A stretch of DNA of 64,000 nucleotides, taken from an uncultured Planctomycetaceae bacterium (GTDB taxonomy: Bacteria; Planctomycetota; Planctomycetia; Isosphaerales; Isosphaeraceae). Numbering within the stretch: position 1 is the first letter of the stretch; each line of letters opens with the position of its first letter. The notes below the pieces were generated by a model. That model searched no databases. It saw only the letters and a program-made list of their open reading frames with translations, and was not told where the DNA came from. Position numbers and translations under genes: made by a program. Positions 1 to 9,801 of this stretch are shown in pieces. The stretch is from assembly GCA_963833985.1 (NCBI GenBank), contig CAWIAD010000002.1:4832001-4896000 (forward strand), read 5' to 3'.

Positions 1-206
1 TGTTGCGACTCCGGAATCACCAGGCCGGCAGCCGATTCGATGCGATGATGCTCCTCGATGTCAAAGCTGATGACAGCGGGAACCGAGCACGCGGACAGTG
101 GCTCCGCCGCATCCTGCCACGGAAGGCTTGAACGACCGGCCGTGACTGTGGTCATCGACGCACTTGCTCCGTCAGATTTCGCAATCACCTTGACGCCGGG
201 AGCCAT
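1..206 (-). CDS. Polysaccharide deacetylase family protein, N-terminal part (runs off the window)
   Basis: Manual minus-strand translation from ATG 206 (or ATG 155): ...PAVISFDIEEHHRIESAAGLVIPESQ. The SFDxEE motif matches the NodB-type deacetylase N-terminus. Not in the ORF track because it is truncated. Confidence 0.7.
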   Translation of the reverse strand, partial: MAPGVKVIAKSDGASASMTTVTAGRSSLPWQDAAEPLSACSVPAVISFDIEEHHRIESAAGLVIPESQ

Positions 207-229
207 GAACCATGTCGCAGAGGTCTGAA

Positions 230-265
230 TCAGTCCGATGATTATTCTCAGTCCGATGATAATTC
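230..265. repeat. 18-bp tandem direct repeat (TCAGTCCGATGATwATTC x2)
   Basis: 230-247 tcagtccgatgattattc and 248-265 tcagtccgatgataattc, 17/18 identical. Confidence 0.85.
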
Positions 266-936
266 AATGAACGCGCGCACTCCGTGCCAGTGGGTTACAC
301 CACGCTGATCCTCCATGATCGATCCGCCACAGTCGCAAACCGCTCGGTAGCCATCAATCGACTGAGGCAGCTCTCTCTTCCGTGGGAACCGGGACAAGGA
401 TCCAAAGCAACCGGCCAGCAAGCTCATTCAGCGCGATTCTGCATGCGTTCTCAGCATAGAACACGGCGGTCCCAGCTCGTACGAAGCTCAACGATCAGGC
501 CCAGCAAGCCTCAGAGTGACTTCGTGATCGGTTTCACGAGGAAGCACCGCTGCACATGATCGTCTTGCCTCGGTCAATAACCCCTTCCAGCAATATCGTT
601 CATGGTTACGTGAAGTCAGGGTAGCAATCGCGCTCCCTGATTTCAAGGGTGCTTCGGCGGGTTTCTCTGATTCAACATATTCGCAAAGGTGAAAGAGCGA
701 ACGCTCGCCGCACTTCAATGAGATCTCTTTAAACCACTTGATGGAAAGTTTTTACATCAATTCCCCTGAACCAGCCGCGGAACAGACACGAATCGAGGAA
801 AAGCTCGCGGTTCCCCTCCTCCAAGGATAGGCCGCTGCCTCATTCCTTCAGAAAGTGATTGACAGCCTGTTTGGCGACCGCCATGTTCAGATCATAGGCC
901 TCAAACCTGGTCCCTCTCGAAGAACTGGGCCGAATC

Positions 937-3021
937 ATGTCGTGGCGGACGTTGCTTTTTTTCCTGCTGTTGCCCGTCGCGGGAATTTCATCAACAGCTT
1001 CGTGCCAGGAAAAGGCCGCGGCGGAGGCGGATCAGAGAGCGTGGCCCGAATTCACCAGGCGGGTCCACGCGCGGTTTCGTGGCAACCCGGGCAGCTTCGC
1101 TCACTTCGGCGATTCAATCACGGAGTCGCTCGCGTTCTGGAGCCCGCTCAAATATGAACGGAAGCATGCGTCCATTGACATGGAGAATGCTTTCCGCAAG
1201 GTTGACGCCTACCTGCGACCCGACTGCTGGCGCGGCTGGAAGGGGCCCGAGTTCGGCAACCAGGGAGGCCAGACGGCAAGGTGGGGCGATGAGAACGTTG
1301 GCGGCTGGCTTGATCGACTGCACCCGGAAGTCGCCCTGGTGATGTTCGGAAGCAACGACCTGCGGGATGTCAGCGTGACCGAATACCGCCAGCACATGCG
1401 ATCGATCGTTCGGAAATGTCTCGACCACGGGACGATTGTCATCCTCAGCACGATTCCCCCGCGTCACGGTTTTGCAGCGAAAGCTGCCACCTTTGCCGAG
1501 GCCGTCCGGCAGGTGGACCGCGAGTTTCAGGTGCCGCTCGTGGACTTCCAGGCCGAGATTCTCAAACGTCGTCCCAGGGACTGGGATGGGGCCGCGGACG
1601 CCTTCCGTGCTTACGAGGGATACGATGTGCCGACGCTGCTGGCGCACGATGGCCTGCACCCGAGCGCCCCGCAAGCGTTCGAGAATGACTACTCCGAGGA
1701 GGCCCTGCGGTCTCATGGCTACAACCTGCGGAACTACCTGGTTCTGATGAGCTATGCAGCGGTCATCGACACGATCTCGGGAACGCGGCCGCCAGCGAAG
1801 CCGACAAGACCGTCGCTGGTGAAGGCCTGGTACCCGCGCGCCCCGGCCTTGAAATCCCCCGCGGGCGAGGTCATCCGCGTCGCCAGCGTGGAGGCGTTGT
1901 TCGCGGCCGTGCGCCGGGTGCGGCCGGGTGGAACCATTCTCCTTGCTGAGGGAGTTTATCCGCTCAGGCAGACGCTCGTGATCGCCACCGACGGGGTGAC
2001 CCTGCGCAGCGCTTCCGGGCGGAGGGGCCACGTCATTCTCGATGGGGGCGGCACGCTGGGGGAGCTCCTGACCATTCGCGGCTGCACAGGGGTGACGGTG
2101 GCTGATCTCCTGATCCAGAATGTCCGCTGGAACGGCATCAAGCTCGACAGTGACACTGGCGTCCAGAGGGTCACCATTCACAACTGCGTCCTGCACAACA
2201 TCTGGCAACGCGGCATCAAGGGCGTAACCGTACCGGAAGCCGACCGCGAGCGTTTGCGTCCGCACGGGTGCCGCGTCGAGTACTGCTTCTTCATCAATGA
2301 TCGCCCCAAGCGGTTCGGAGATGATCCAGCCGACACGGCTCAGTCCTTCGGTGGCGATTACATCAGCGGAATCGACGTGATGTTCGCGTCCGGGTGGACC
2401 ATTGCAGACAACGTGTTCGTCGGTATTCACGGACGCACGGGTAGTGCTCGGGGGGCGATCTTTCTCTGGCACGACTGTCGCGACTGCGTTGTTGAGCGTA
2501 ACGTGGTGGTCGACTGCGACAGCGGTATCTGCCTGGGCAACTCGTTCAAGCCGCCTGGGATCACCTGTCACTGTACGAACGTCCTGGTCCGTAATAACTT
2601 TGTGACGAGGGCACCGGAGAACGGCATACTGGCGGATTTCACTTGCGATTGCGCGTTCTTGCACAACACGGTTCACGAACCGAATACCCGACATGGGCGG
2701 CTGATCCGATTGGTGCATGACAATGACGGACTGCGCGTCGAAAACAACCTGCTGAGCGGCCACGAACCGCTCATCGAGACACAGAGCCGCTTCACCCTGC
2801 GAAACAACCTGAACCGCGACATGAGCAGCGCGTTCGTCGCCCCTGACGAGGGCAACCTGCGACTCACCGCGAACGCCACGGTGGCGATCGACCGGGCCGA
2901 ACCGCTCGCTGAAGTTCCTTCTGACATTGACGGCACAACGCGTGGAACGCATCCCGATTTCGGAGCCCACGAGTTCATTCGGCCGGCAGAGCCGGCGCCC
3001 GCTCCGCCGGCTCATGATTGA
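937..3021 (+). CDS. Secreted SGNH/GDSL hydrolase fused to a right-handed parallel beta-helix (pectate-lyase-like) domain
   Basis: Signal peptide; FGDSIT, GxND and DGLHP SGNH blocks; C-terminal half with GGTILLAEGVY, beta-helix repeats and a DIDG..R...PDFGAHE end. Confidence 0.8.
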   Translation: MSWRTLLFFLLLPVAGISSTASCQEKAAAEADQRAWPEFTRRVHARFRGNPGSFAHFGDSITESLAFWSPLKYERKHASIDMENAFRKVDAYLRPDCWRGWKGPEFGNQGGQTARWGDENVGGWLDRLHPEVALVMFGSNDLRDVSVTEYRQHMRSIVRKCLDHGTIVILSTIPPRHGFAAKAATFAEAVRQVDREFQVPLVDFQAEILKRRPRDWDGAADAFRAYEGYDVPTLLAHDGLHPSAPQAFENDYSEEALRSHGYNLRNYLVLMSYAAVIDTISGTRPPAKPTRPSLVKAWYPRAPALKSPAGEVIRVASVEALFAAVRRVRPGGTILLAEGVYPLRQTLVIATDGVTLRSASGRRGHVILDGGGTLGELLTIRGCTGVTVADLLIQNVRWNGIKLDSDTGVQRVTIHNCVLHNIWQRGIKGVTVPEADRERLRPHGCRVEYCFFINDRPKRFGDDPADTAQSFGGDYISGIDVMFASGWTIADNVFVGIHGRTGSARGAIFLWHDCRDCVVERNVVVDCDSGICLGNSFKPPGITCHCTNVLVRNNFVTRAPENGILADFTCDCAFLHNTVHEPNTRHGRLIRLVHDNDGLRVENNLLSGHEPLIETQSRFTLRNNLNRDMSSAFVAPDEGNLRLTANATVAIDRAEPLAEVPSDIDGTTRGTHPDFGAHEFIRPAEPAPAPPAHD

Positions 3022-3064
3022 GCGTACGAACGTCCCGCAGCCGTCCTCCCAGCCGCAGCCGAGC

Positions 3065-5278
3065 TCAATCGTCCGGCAGAGACACGCCGTTGGACTGGAG
3101 GCCCTCGAAAAGGGGCGCCAGCATATCCCGGTAGTTCCTCCATCTGCCGACGGATCGGTTGTGGAGAGCCTGGCGAACTTGCACCAGGCTGGCCGTGCGA
3201 ACGACCCGACGCGTGGCCTGGAACTGGAGGCACGCCGGATTCCAGTCCAGCCCCAGGAAGTCGAGCATGCGCCGCGTGGTCTGCTCAAAATCCGCTACGA
3301 GGCACTCGTAGTCAATTTCCAGACATGGCAGAGGGTGGACGCGGCGCCAGTGCTCTAGCACGCGCTGGTGATCGGCGAACCGCCGGGCGATGTGTTCCCA
3401 CCGATTCGACCAGGGATTGGTCTCGAACCCCGCAAACCAGCAGGATAAGGCGACATCGCGAAGATCCCGGTTGCAATTAATGACGCGTGAACCGGGCCAC
3501 AGGAGCGCGACAAGGCCCAGCAGATTGACATTATCGGGCATCTTGTCGATGACGCGGCAGGCGGTCGGCGGGACCTCGCACGTCAGTATCTCCAGATAGC
3601 GCCTGGCGGCCATCCGTGCCGACTGAGGGTCAAGCAATAGTAAGGCGTCAAAGGGGTCGACTTGCGGTGCTTTGACAAGAGAAGGCAGCGATTCGAAGGT
3701 CTCCATGACGTCCCGCAGCTCGCCAGCACCATGGATACTGGGATGGGAGGCCAGAACTTGCTCGATCAACGTCGTTCCCGAGCGCGGCAGACCGACCACG
3801 AAGACAGGCCGCGGATCATCAAGTCCCCAGTCCCTGCGGGCGGCGAAGAAACCGGACGTGAACAAGGCAATCAACCGGTCCACGAAGCGTGTGTGCTCAT
3901 CCGGATCCCAATGGATGCCCCAGGACGCCTTTACAGCCGACTGGTGCGCATTCGCGGCCACGAGATGTTCAGCCGCACAGAAGTACTCTGCACGCGCGTC
4001 GTACACGGCGGCCAGACCGAAATGGAGCAAGGAACGATCGCGCTGCGAGAACGTGTCACGGGTGAGCAACTGCTCCATCCCGTGAAGATCACGATCCGGC
4101 AAGCGGTCCTTGAGGATCATCGCCAGGCGCCAGTGAGCGTCGCACAGGTCGGGCTGCTGTGACAGGACTGCGCGGACCGACTGGCAAGCGAGCTCGAAAT
4201 CACCGCGCTCCGCCTGGAGCCTTGCCAGCCCGACCCACGACGCGCTCAGGTCCGGACTGATCCGCAGAGCGGTCTGGAAGCCGCTCTCAGCTTCATCGAG
4301 CAGGCCCAGTTCGAGCAGTGCCTGCCCGCGTCCCTGGTGGCCCTGGGCGAACTCGGGGTCCAAAGTCACGGACCGCCCGTAGTGGCTGGCGGATTCGGCG
4401 TGGTTCCCCATGGTCGCAGCCAGGCTGCCGAAATCGGCGTGTACACGAGCGTCTTCAGGGTCAAGCGTGCGCGCCGCCTCGTACAGCCGCCCGGCCTCAG
4501 CGTAGCGGCCGCAGCACTGAAGCACCTGACCGAAATAGCGATGCGAGGAGGCTCGGCGCGGGTCGATCTGTAATGCAAGCTGGTAGCACGCCACCGCCTC
4601 GTCGAGATGTCCTCGAACGCGCAGCACATTCCCGAGGATGTCGAGTGCATCGGCATATCCGGGATGAACTGTCAACGCCCGGCGGCATGCCGCCTCGGCC
4701 TCGCCCAGTAAAGCTGGGTCACCCTGCTCTCCCAGTGCACGGGCCAGGTTCGTCCACGAGCCTGGATCATCGGGCTCAATTCTCAGGTGGGCTCGCAGGA
4801 CATCGACGGCATCCACCCAGCGCCTTCTACCCAGCAGCGTGCTCGCCAGATTTCGGTAGGCCACGGCAAACTCGGGTTGCACGTGGATCGCCGTGCGGTA
4901 CGCGGCCTCGGCATCGTCGAAGCGACGCTCATCGAACGCCAGTCGGCCGAGCGAGTTCCACGGGTCGGGCAGGGTACCATCCAGCTCGATAGCCCGGAGC
5001 AACTGGGACCGAGCTTCTTCGTATCGACCCCGCCTCCGGTAGGCAGCACCCAGCTTTGCATGCAAGCGTGCCGAGTAAGGGTGTGTAGAGATCCCCTGCT
5101 CAAATTGTGTAATAGCTCTTTCCATAAGGTCCTGCTGAAAGCAGACCACGCCAAGCCCTTCCATGGCTTCCAGTTCATCCGGATTCGAGCGGAGGACTGC
5201 CTGATAGAGCGACGCGGCCTCGGCCAGACGGCCGTCCGCGTGCGCGGCATGAGCTTCGTTGAGCAGGCTCGTTCGCAC
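3065..5278 (-). CDS. TPR-repeat sulfotransferase
   Basis: Many TPRs followed by VFVVGLPRSGTTLIEQVLASHP (PAPS loop), DKMP and RDLRDVALSC. Confidence 0.9.
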   Translation of the reverse strand: MRTSLLNEAHAAHADGRLAEAASLYQAVLRSNPDELEAMEGLGVVCFQQDLMERAITQFEQGISTHPYSARLHAKLGAAYRRRGRYEEARSQLLRAIELDGTLPDPWNSLGRLAFDERRFDDAEAAYRTAIHVQPEFAVAYRNLASTLLGRRRWVDAVDVLRAHLRIEPDDPGSWTNLARALGEQGDPALLGEAEAACRRALTVHPGYADALDILGNVLRVRGHLDEAVACYQLALQIDPRRASSHRYFGQVLQCCGRYAEAGRLYEAARTLDPEDARVHADFGSLAATMGNHAESASHYGRSVTLDPEFAQGHQGRGQALLELGLLDEAESGFQTALRISPDLSASWVGLARLQAERGDFELACQSVRAVLSQQPDLCDAHWRLAMILKDRLPDRDLHGMEQLLTRDTFSQRDRSLLHFGLAAVYDARAEYFCAAEHLVAANAHQSAVKASWGIHWDPDEHTRFVDRLIALFTSGFFAARRDWGLDDPRPVFVVGLPRSGTTLIEQVLASHPSIHGAGELRDVMETFESLPSLVKAPQVDPFDALLLLDPQSARMAARRYLEILTCEVPPTACRVIDKMPDNVNLLGLVALLWPGSRVINCNRDLRDVALSCWFAGFETNPWSNRWEHIARRFADHQRVLEHWRRVHPLPCLEIDYECLVADFEQTTRRMLDFLGLDWNPACLQFQATRRVVRTASLVQVRQALHNRSVGRWRNYRDMLAPLFEGLQSNGVSLPDD

Positions 5279-5748
5279 AGCGGCTTCCCCTCAGTTCGAC
5301 CGCGTGAGAGCACGGTCACCCCGGGCCGGAGCACTGATCGGCACATCGGTCGAAGTGAACCGAAGCGTTCACGTTTATCACCAGGCCATGGACCCTGAAA
5401 CGCCGGGCCAGGAAAGTATTATTGATGGAGGTCTCAATGCGCGGTATCATGGTGCCGGGTAGCGAGATTGACACCGGCAATTCTAAGTCGAGCAACTTCG
5501 TCTGGCATCCGGAGCCAAAACAACGTTTGCACCTGGATCGGGCAACGGATGACAAGCAACTTGGCGGAATGTTGGGAACCCCGACTTCGGAATCGTTCCT
5601 GATCTCGACTGAGGGTCAGTCCCCCGGGTTTCCTCGAATGTTCTTGAGGACGGTTCTGGACAGAAGCTAGGCCATTCGACGACTCAGCGTATTCCACAGT
5701 GCATACGGGCTCTCCAGGAATCTCTCGATCATCGAGGCCCAACGCAAG

Positions 5749-6687
5749 ATGTTGTCCGAGAATAACAAGACGGTTGACTGGTGGCGATTTGGTTCTCTGG
5801 CCGTTCTGGCAGGGGCGACGTTCTGGGTTTTCTGGCCCGTCATCTCAGCCATGCAGGAACGTTGGAGCCACGATCCACGATATGCGCACGGATATCTCGT
5901 CCCCATCTTCTCGCTGTCGCTGCTCTGGATGAGGCGGAAGCAGTTAACTGTTGACGAATTGCGACCGAGCAAACACGGCTTGTCGTTTCTCGTGATCGGC
6001 GTGGCCATCCTGCTTCTTGGCGGCTATTTTCGCCAGGAAAGCATCGAAGGAATCGCGTTCCTGCTCTATCTCGCCGGGATCATTCTCCTCGTAGGTGGCT
6101 GGGCTGCTCTGAAATGGGCATGGCCCTCGATCGGATTCCTGTTCTTCATGATACCGCTTCCCTGGCGGCTCGAGAACGCGATGGGTCCACCGCTCCAGTG
6201 GCTGGCCACCAAGGCGAGTACTTTTGCACTTCAAACCGCGGGCTTCATGGCGTTCGATGAAGGCAATGTAATCCAGTTGAGCGAGGGAAGGATCGGCGTT
6301 GTGGAAGCGTGTAGCGGACTGAGCATGGTGATCACGTTTATCGCGCTGTCCGTTGGCCTGGCAATGGTGGTCGAGCGTCCAGTTCTCGATCGGATCATGC
6401 TGGTTTTCAGTGCAATACCGGTTGCTTTGCTGGCCAACATCGCGCGGATCACGTTGACGGGTGTCTTGCACGAGACGGTCAGCGGGTCGATCGCTGATCA
6501 CTTCTACCATGATCTGGCAGGATGGGTCATGATACCGTTCGCGATGCTCCTCTACTGGTGCGAGATCTGGATGCTTACGCATATCTTGAACGACACCGAA
6601 GCGGTTCCAGTTCCCGTTGGTCTTGCGCACAATGAGCATTCGCGTGTCCAGGCACCGGCTCTGGCAATGGTAAGGAAGCGCCTTTGA
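5749..6687 (+). CDS. Exosortase (EpsH/Xrt family)
   Basis: Multi-TM protein; YAHGYLVP; catalytic Cys (VVEACSGL), Arg (ANIARI) and His (YHDLAG). Confidence 0.92.
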   Translation: MLSENNKTVDWWRFGSLAVLAGATFWVFWPVISAMQERWSHDPRYAHGYLVPIFSLSLLWMRRKQLTVDELRPSKHGLSFLVIGVAILLLGGYFRQESIEGIAFLLYLAGIILLVGGWAALKWAWPSIGFLFFMIPLPWRLENAMGPPLQWLATKASTFALQTAGFMAFDEGNVIQLSEGRIGVVEACSGLSMVITFIALSVGLAMVVERPVLDRIMLVFSAIPVALLANIARITLTGVLHETVSGSIADHFYHDLAGWVMIPFAMLLYWCEIWMLTHILNDTEAVPVPVGLAHNEHSRVQAPALAMVRKRL

Positions 6688-6769
6688 GTGCAAACAACAG
6701 GCGACCGGCTTCCGTGGGGAATGGCCGCAATATGCAGGATACTTATCCGAACTTTTCAGGTACTTGTTC

Positions 6770-9121
6770 ATGAACCAGCCCAGTCGAGCCACAGGCGAAC
6801 TCGCCGGACCGATTACGACTACGGCCACGGTCATCGATACCGTGGGCGGCGATGGGCCAGAGCTTGTTCCTGCCGTTTATCGAGGGCCCAATTCGACCGC
6901 GAGTTCCGGGCCGAGCCCGCTCGGCTTGCTCAAGGCCCTGAGACGCCGGCTCATGCTTGCGGTTGGACTGGGCACGCTGGTTTCCGCTGCCTGCGCCTCG
7001 GCTGCTTGGTCCCTGCTCCCGCCACCAAATTATCAGGCCCAGGCCAAAGTGCTGGTGCGAACGTCAACCCCGCAGATCATGTGGAAGACCGTTGACGCCG
7101 AGGCGGAACGTGATGAATCGATACGAAGCCAGAAGAGCCAGCTCATCCAGCTCAAGAGCCGCTTTGTCATCAATACCGCCCTCCAGCAGCGCGGGATCAG
7201 CGATCTGAACATGATTCGCGAACTGATTCGCCAACAGGAAAGGCCTGTGGAATGGCTCTCGGAACATCTGCAGGCTCAGTTCCTTACGGGAACGGAGGTA
7301 TTGCAGATCTCCCTCGACGGCCAGGACCCAGCTGAACTGGCACAGGTGGTCAACGCCGTGACCAACACCTACATCGAGGAAGTGGCGAACGGTGATCAGA
7401 AGCGACGCATACAACGTCGCGAACTGCTCAAGAGGCTCAGCAAGGAGAAATTCGATCTCTTGAAGAACCGCCGCGAGGCACTCCGGCAACTTGCGAAGAG
7501 GGCAGGGTCGGACGATCGTGAGACTTTGGTGCTGAAGCAGCAATATGCAATTGAACTAGGAACGGATGTCCGTAAGGACCTGCGGGAAGTTCAATCCCAG
7601 AAGCGAAAGCTCGAGGCGATGGTCCGAGCTCGCCAACCCGACGCAGTCCAGGAGACCGCCGCACCGACCTTCTCGAATGACGATGTGGCGCGTCTTGTCG
7701 AGCAGGATCCCGAGGTCCTCGATCTCCGATCAAGGATCGACGCAGCCACGGAACGCCTCGCCTCCGAGGCCGCCTACACCGGCCGCGTCGCACGCAACGC
7801 GACGCTCAATCCGGCCCTCAAGACACTCCGCGACCGGGTCGATTTGCTCAAAAAACAGCTCGAGCGAAAACGAAAGTCCATTCGGCCAATTGTGATCAAG
7901 CAACTCCAGAATCCGCCGGACGAGGCTCAAGCCATCCCGGGAGCCGGCGGCAGCCCGGAGCAGCAACTTGCGGTGCTCAAAGAGCTTGAAGCGAGCTTGC
8001 AAGAAGAGCTCAAGAACGCCTCGAATATGGATCAGGTTCTCACTGACAACACACTGGACGTGCAGGATAACAAGGAAGAGCTCAAGCAGGTTGAAGACGC
8101 CGCGACGAAGATCTCAATGGAAGTGGAAAAGCTTGATGTCGAACTGCAAGCACCGCCACGCATCAGCTTGCTTGAAGAAGCGATTCCGCCGACAACGAGG
8201 AACACCAAGAAATGGTACATGACTTTCGGCATGATCGCGATCGGCTCGTTTTTCGGATGCTTATTCTTGGTAGCCTTCCTGGAGATGCAATCGCACAGGA
8301 TCGACTCGGCTGACGAGGTGATTGCGGATCTCGGGCTCACGGTGGTCGGATCGTTACCCATGCTGCCAGCGACGGCACGGCGGAATCGTGGCATGGTTCG
8401 TAGCGAGAAAGATAGCCACTGGTATAACTTGCTCCTCGAATCGATTGACGCAACACGCACGATGCTGATCCACGCGGCTCGCTCGGGCGGGCACAGGGTG
8501 GTGATGATCGCCAGTGCCCTGCCCGGCGAAGGGAAGACCTCGCTCGCCAGCCACCTGGCGACCAGCCTGGCCCGCAGTGGCCAGAGGACCCTGCTCGTCG
8601 ACGCGGACCTGCGATGCCCCACGATCCATGGACTTTTTGATTTGCCGCCCGAACCAGGCTTGAGCGAACTGCTCAGAGGTCAAGCGACTCTCGAGGATGT
8701 GGTCTCCGCCACCGCTGTCGAGGAGTTGAAGGTCATTCCCGGCGGGAGATGTGACGCACAAACCCTGAGAATCCTCTCCCAGGGAGGGATGGGCGGTCTC
8801 TTTGGACAGCTCAAGGAACATTTTGACTTCGTCATCGTCGACTCCTCGCCGATCCTTCCAGTTGCCGATGCACTTATCATGGCCCAGCAAGTCGACGCGG
8901 TTCTCTTCTCCGTCCTTGCTGATGTGAGCCGAAAAAAGCAGGTCCTTGCAGCCTATCAACGCATCACGTCTCTCGGCATCAAGGTCCTCGGAGCGGTTCT
9001 CACTGGTGTCAGTGACCGAACGAATTATGGCCGGAAGTACTACACGGCATATTCCGCTAGCGGACGCCTGGCATCGCCCGAACGCCCCGGAACCACGACT
9101 ATCTCGGATGATGCGTCATGA
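6770..9121 (+). CDS. Polysaccharide chain-length determinant / tyrosine autokinase (Wzc/GumC-like)
   Basis: TM, coiled coil, TM; Walker A (SALPGEGKTS), VDADLR, IVDSSP; Tyr-rich C-terminal tail (NYGRKYYTAY). Confidence 0.92.
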   Translation: MNQPSRATGELAGPITTTATVIDTVGGDGPELVPAVYRGPNSTASSGPSPLGLLKALRRRLMLAVGLGTLVSAACASAAWSLLPPPNYQAQAKVLVRTSTPQIMWKTVDAEAERDESIRSQKSQLIQLKSRFVINTALQQRGISDLNMIRELIRQQERPVEWLSEHLQAQFLTGTEVLQISLDGQDPAELAQVVNAVTNTYIEEVANGDQKRRIQRRELLKRLSKEKFDLLKNRREALRQLAKRAGSDDRETLVLKQQYAIELGTDVRKDLREVQSQKRKLEAMVRARQPDAVQETAAPTFSNDDVARLVEQDPEVLDLRSRIDAATERLASEAAYTGRVARNATLNPALKTLRDRVDLLKKQLERKRKSIRPIVIKQLQNPPDEAQAIPGAGGSPEQQLAVLKELEASLQEELKNASNMDQVLTDNTLDVQDNKEELKQVEDAATKISMEVEKLDVELQAPPRISLLEEAIPPTTRNTKKWYMTFGMIAIGSFFGCLFLVAFLEMQSHRIDSADEVIADLGLTVVGSLPMLPATARRNRGMVRSEKDSHWYNLLLESIDATRTMLIHAARSGGHRVVMIASALPGEGKTSLASHLATSLARSGQRTLLVDADLRCPTIHGLFDLPPEPGLSELLRGQATLEDVVSATAVEELKVIPGGRCDAQTLRILSQGGMGGLFGQLKEHFDFVIVDSSPILPVADALIMAQQVDAVLFSVLADVSRKKQVLAAYQRITSLGIKVLGAVLTGVSDRTNYGRKYYTAYSASGRLASPERPGTTTISDDAS

Positions 9122-9801
9122 AGAACACGGTCACAATCGCGGGGGCAGTCGCGCTCATCGCCGTCTCCGGTCTGGTCCACGGCACATGGACGAATCGGTG
9201 GAGAGCAGCCCCTGAGCTCAAAAGCTTAGCCACCCGGTTTCAGTCTGTTCCCAGGCAGATTGGCGACTGGACCGCGACCTCCCGGTCACTGCCTCCCCGG
9301 GAGATGGCGATCGCTGGCGCGGTCGGAGAGGCCTTGCATGTCTACACGAACTCCGCGGCCAATCAATCAATCTCTGTCATGTTGCTCTGCGGTCTGCCGG
9401 GGAACATCTCCGCACATACCCCTGACGCCTGCTATCCCGGAGCCGGCTATAGCCTGGGAGAAAGCCAGAGGTACGTTCAAAGTTACGGAGATCCTCCTCG
9501 GGTCGCTGAGTTCCAGACCGCGGTGGCAACGCGAACGGGGGTCAATCCTTCGCGATTACGAATTTACTGGACCTGGCACGGCTCCAGCGGATGGTCCGCG
9601 CCCGAGAACCCGAGATGGGCGTTCGCGGCCGAGCCGATGCTTACAAAACTGTATGTCGTGAGACAGACCGGCGCAGTCCAGGATGATCCCTCGGCGGACC
9701 CGTGCGCCGCGTTTCTGTCGCTCCTGCTCCCTGAAGTCGATCGACTGATCAATCCGTCCACTCGAACTGAACGGGCCGGGCCAGACGACGTCCCTCGCTG
9801 A
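9118..9801 (+). CDS. Exosortase-associated EpsI family protein
   Basis: N-terminal anchor, VPRQIGDW, HTPDACYPGAGY; ATGA overlap with the upstream kinase gene. Confidence 0.85.
   Translation: MKNTVTIAGAVALIAVSGLVHGTWTNRWRAAPELKSLATRFQSVPRQIGDWTATSRSLPPREMAIAGAVGEALHVYTNSAANQSISVMLLCGLPGNISAHTPDACYPGAGYSLGESQRYVQSYGDPPRVAEFQTAVATRTGVNPSRLRIYWTWHGSSGWSAPENPRWAFAAEPMLTKLYVVRQTGAVQDDPSADPCAAFLSLLLPEVDRLINPSTRTERAGPDDVPR

Noticed and set aside
1114..3288. Long antisense ORFs (also 17498-19021, 41494-43017, 45684-47297, 53534-54976, 55075-57306)
   Set aside because: Shadow ORFs opposite well-supported genes, expected in high-GC coding DNA
5453..5466. ops/JUMPstart-like sequence upstream of the exosortase operon
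   Set aside because: Only a partial match (CGGGTAGCGAG versus GGCGGTAGnnTG); likely chance in GC-rich DNA
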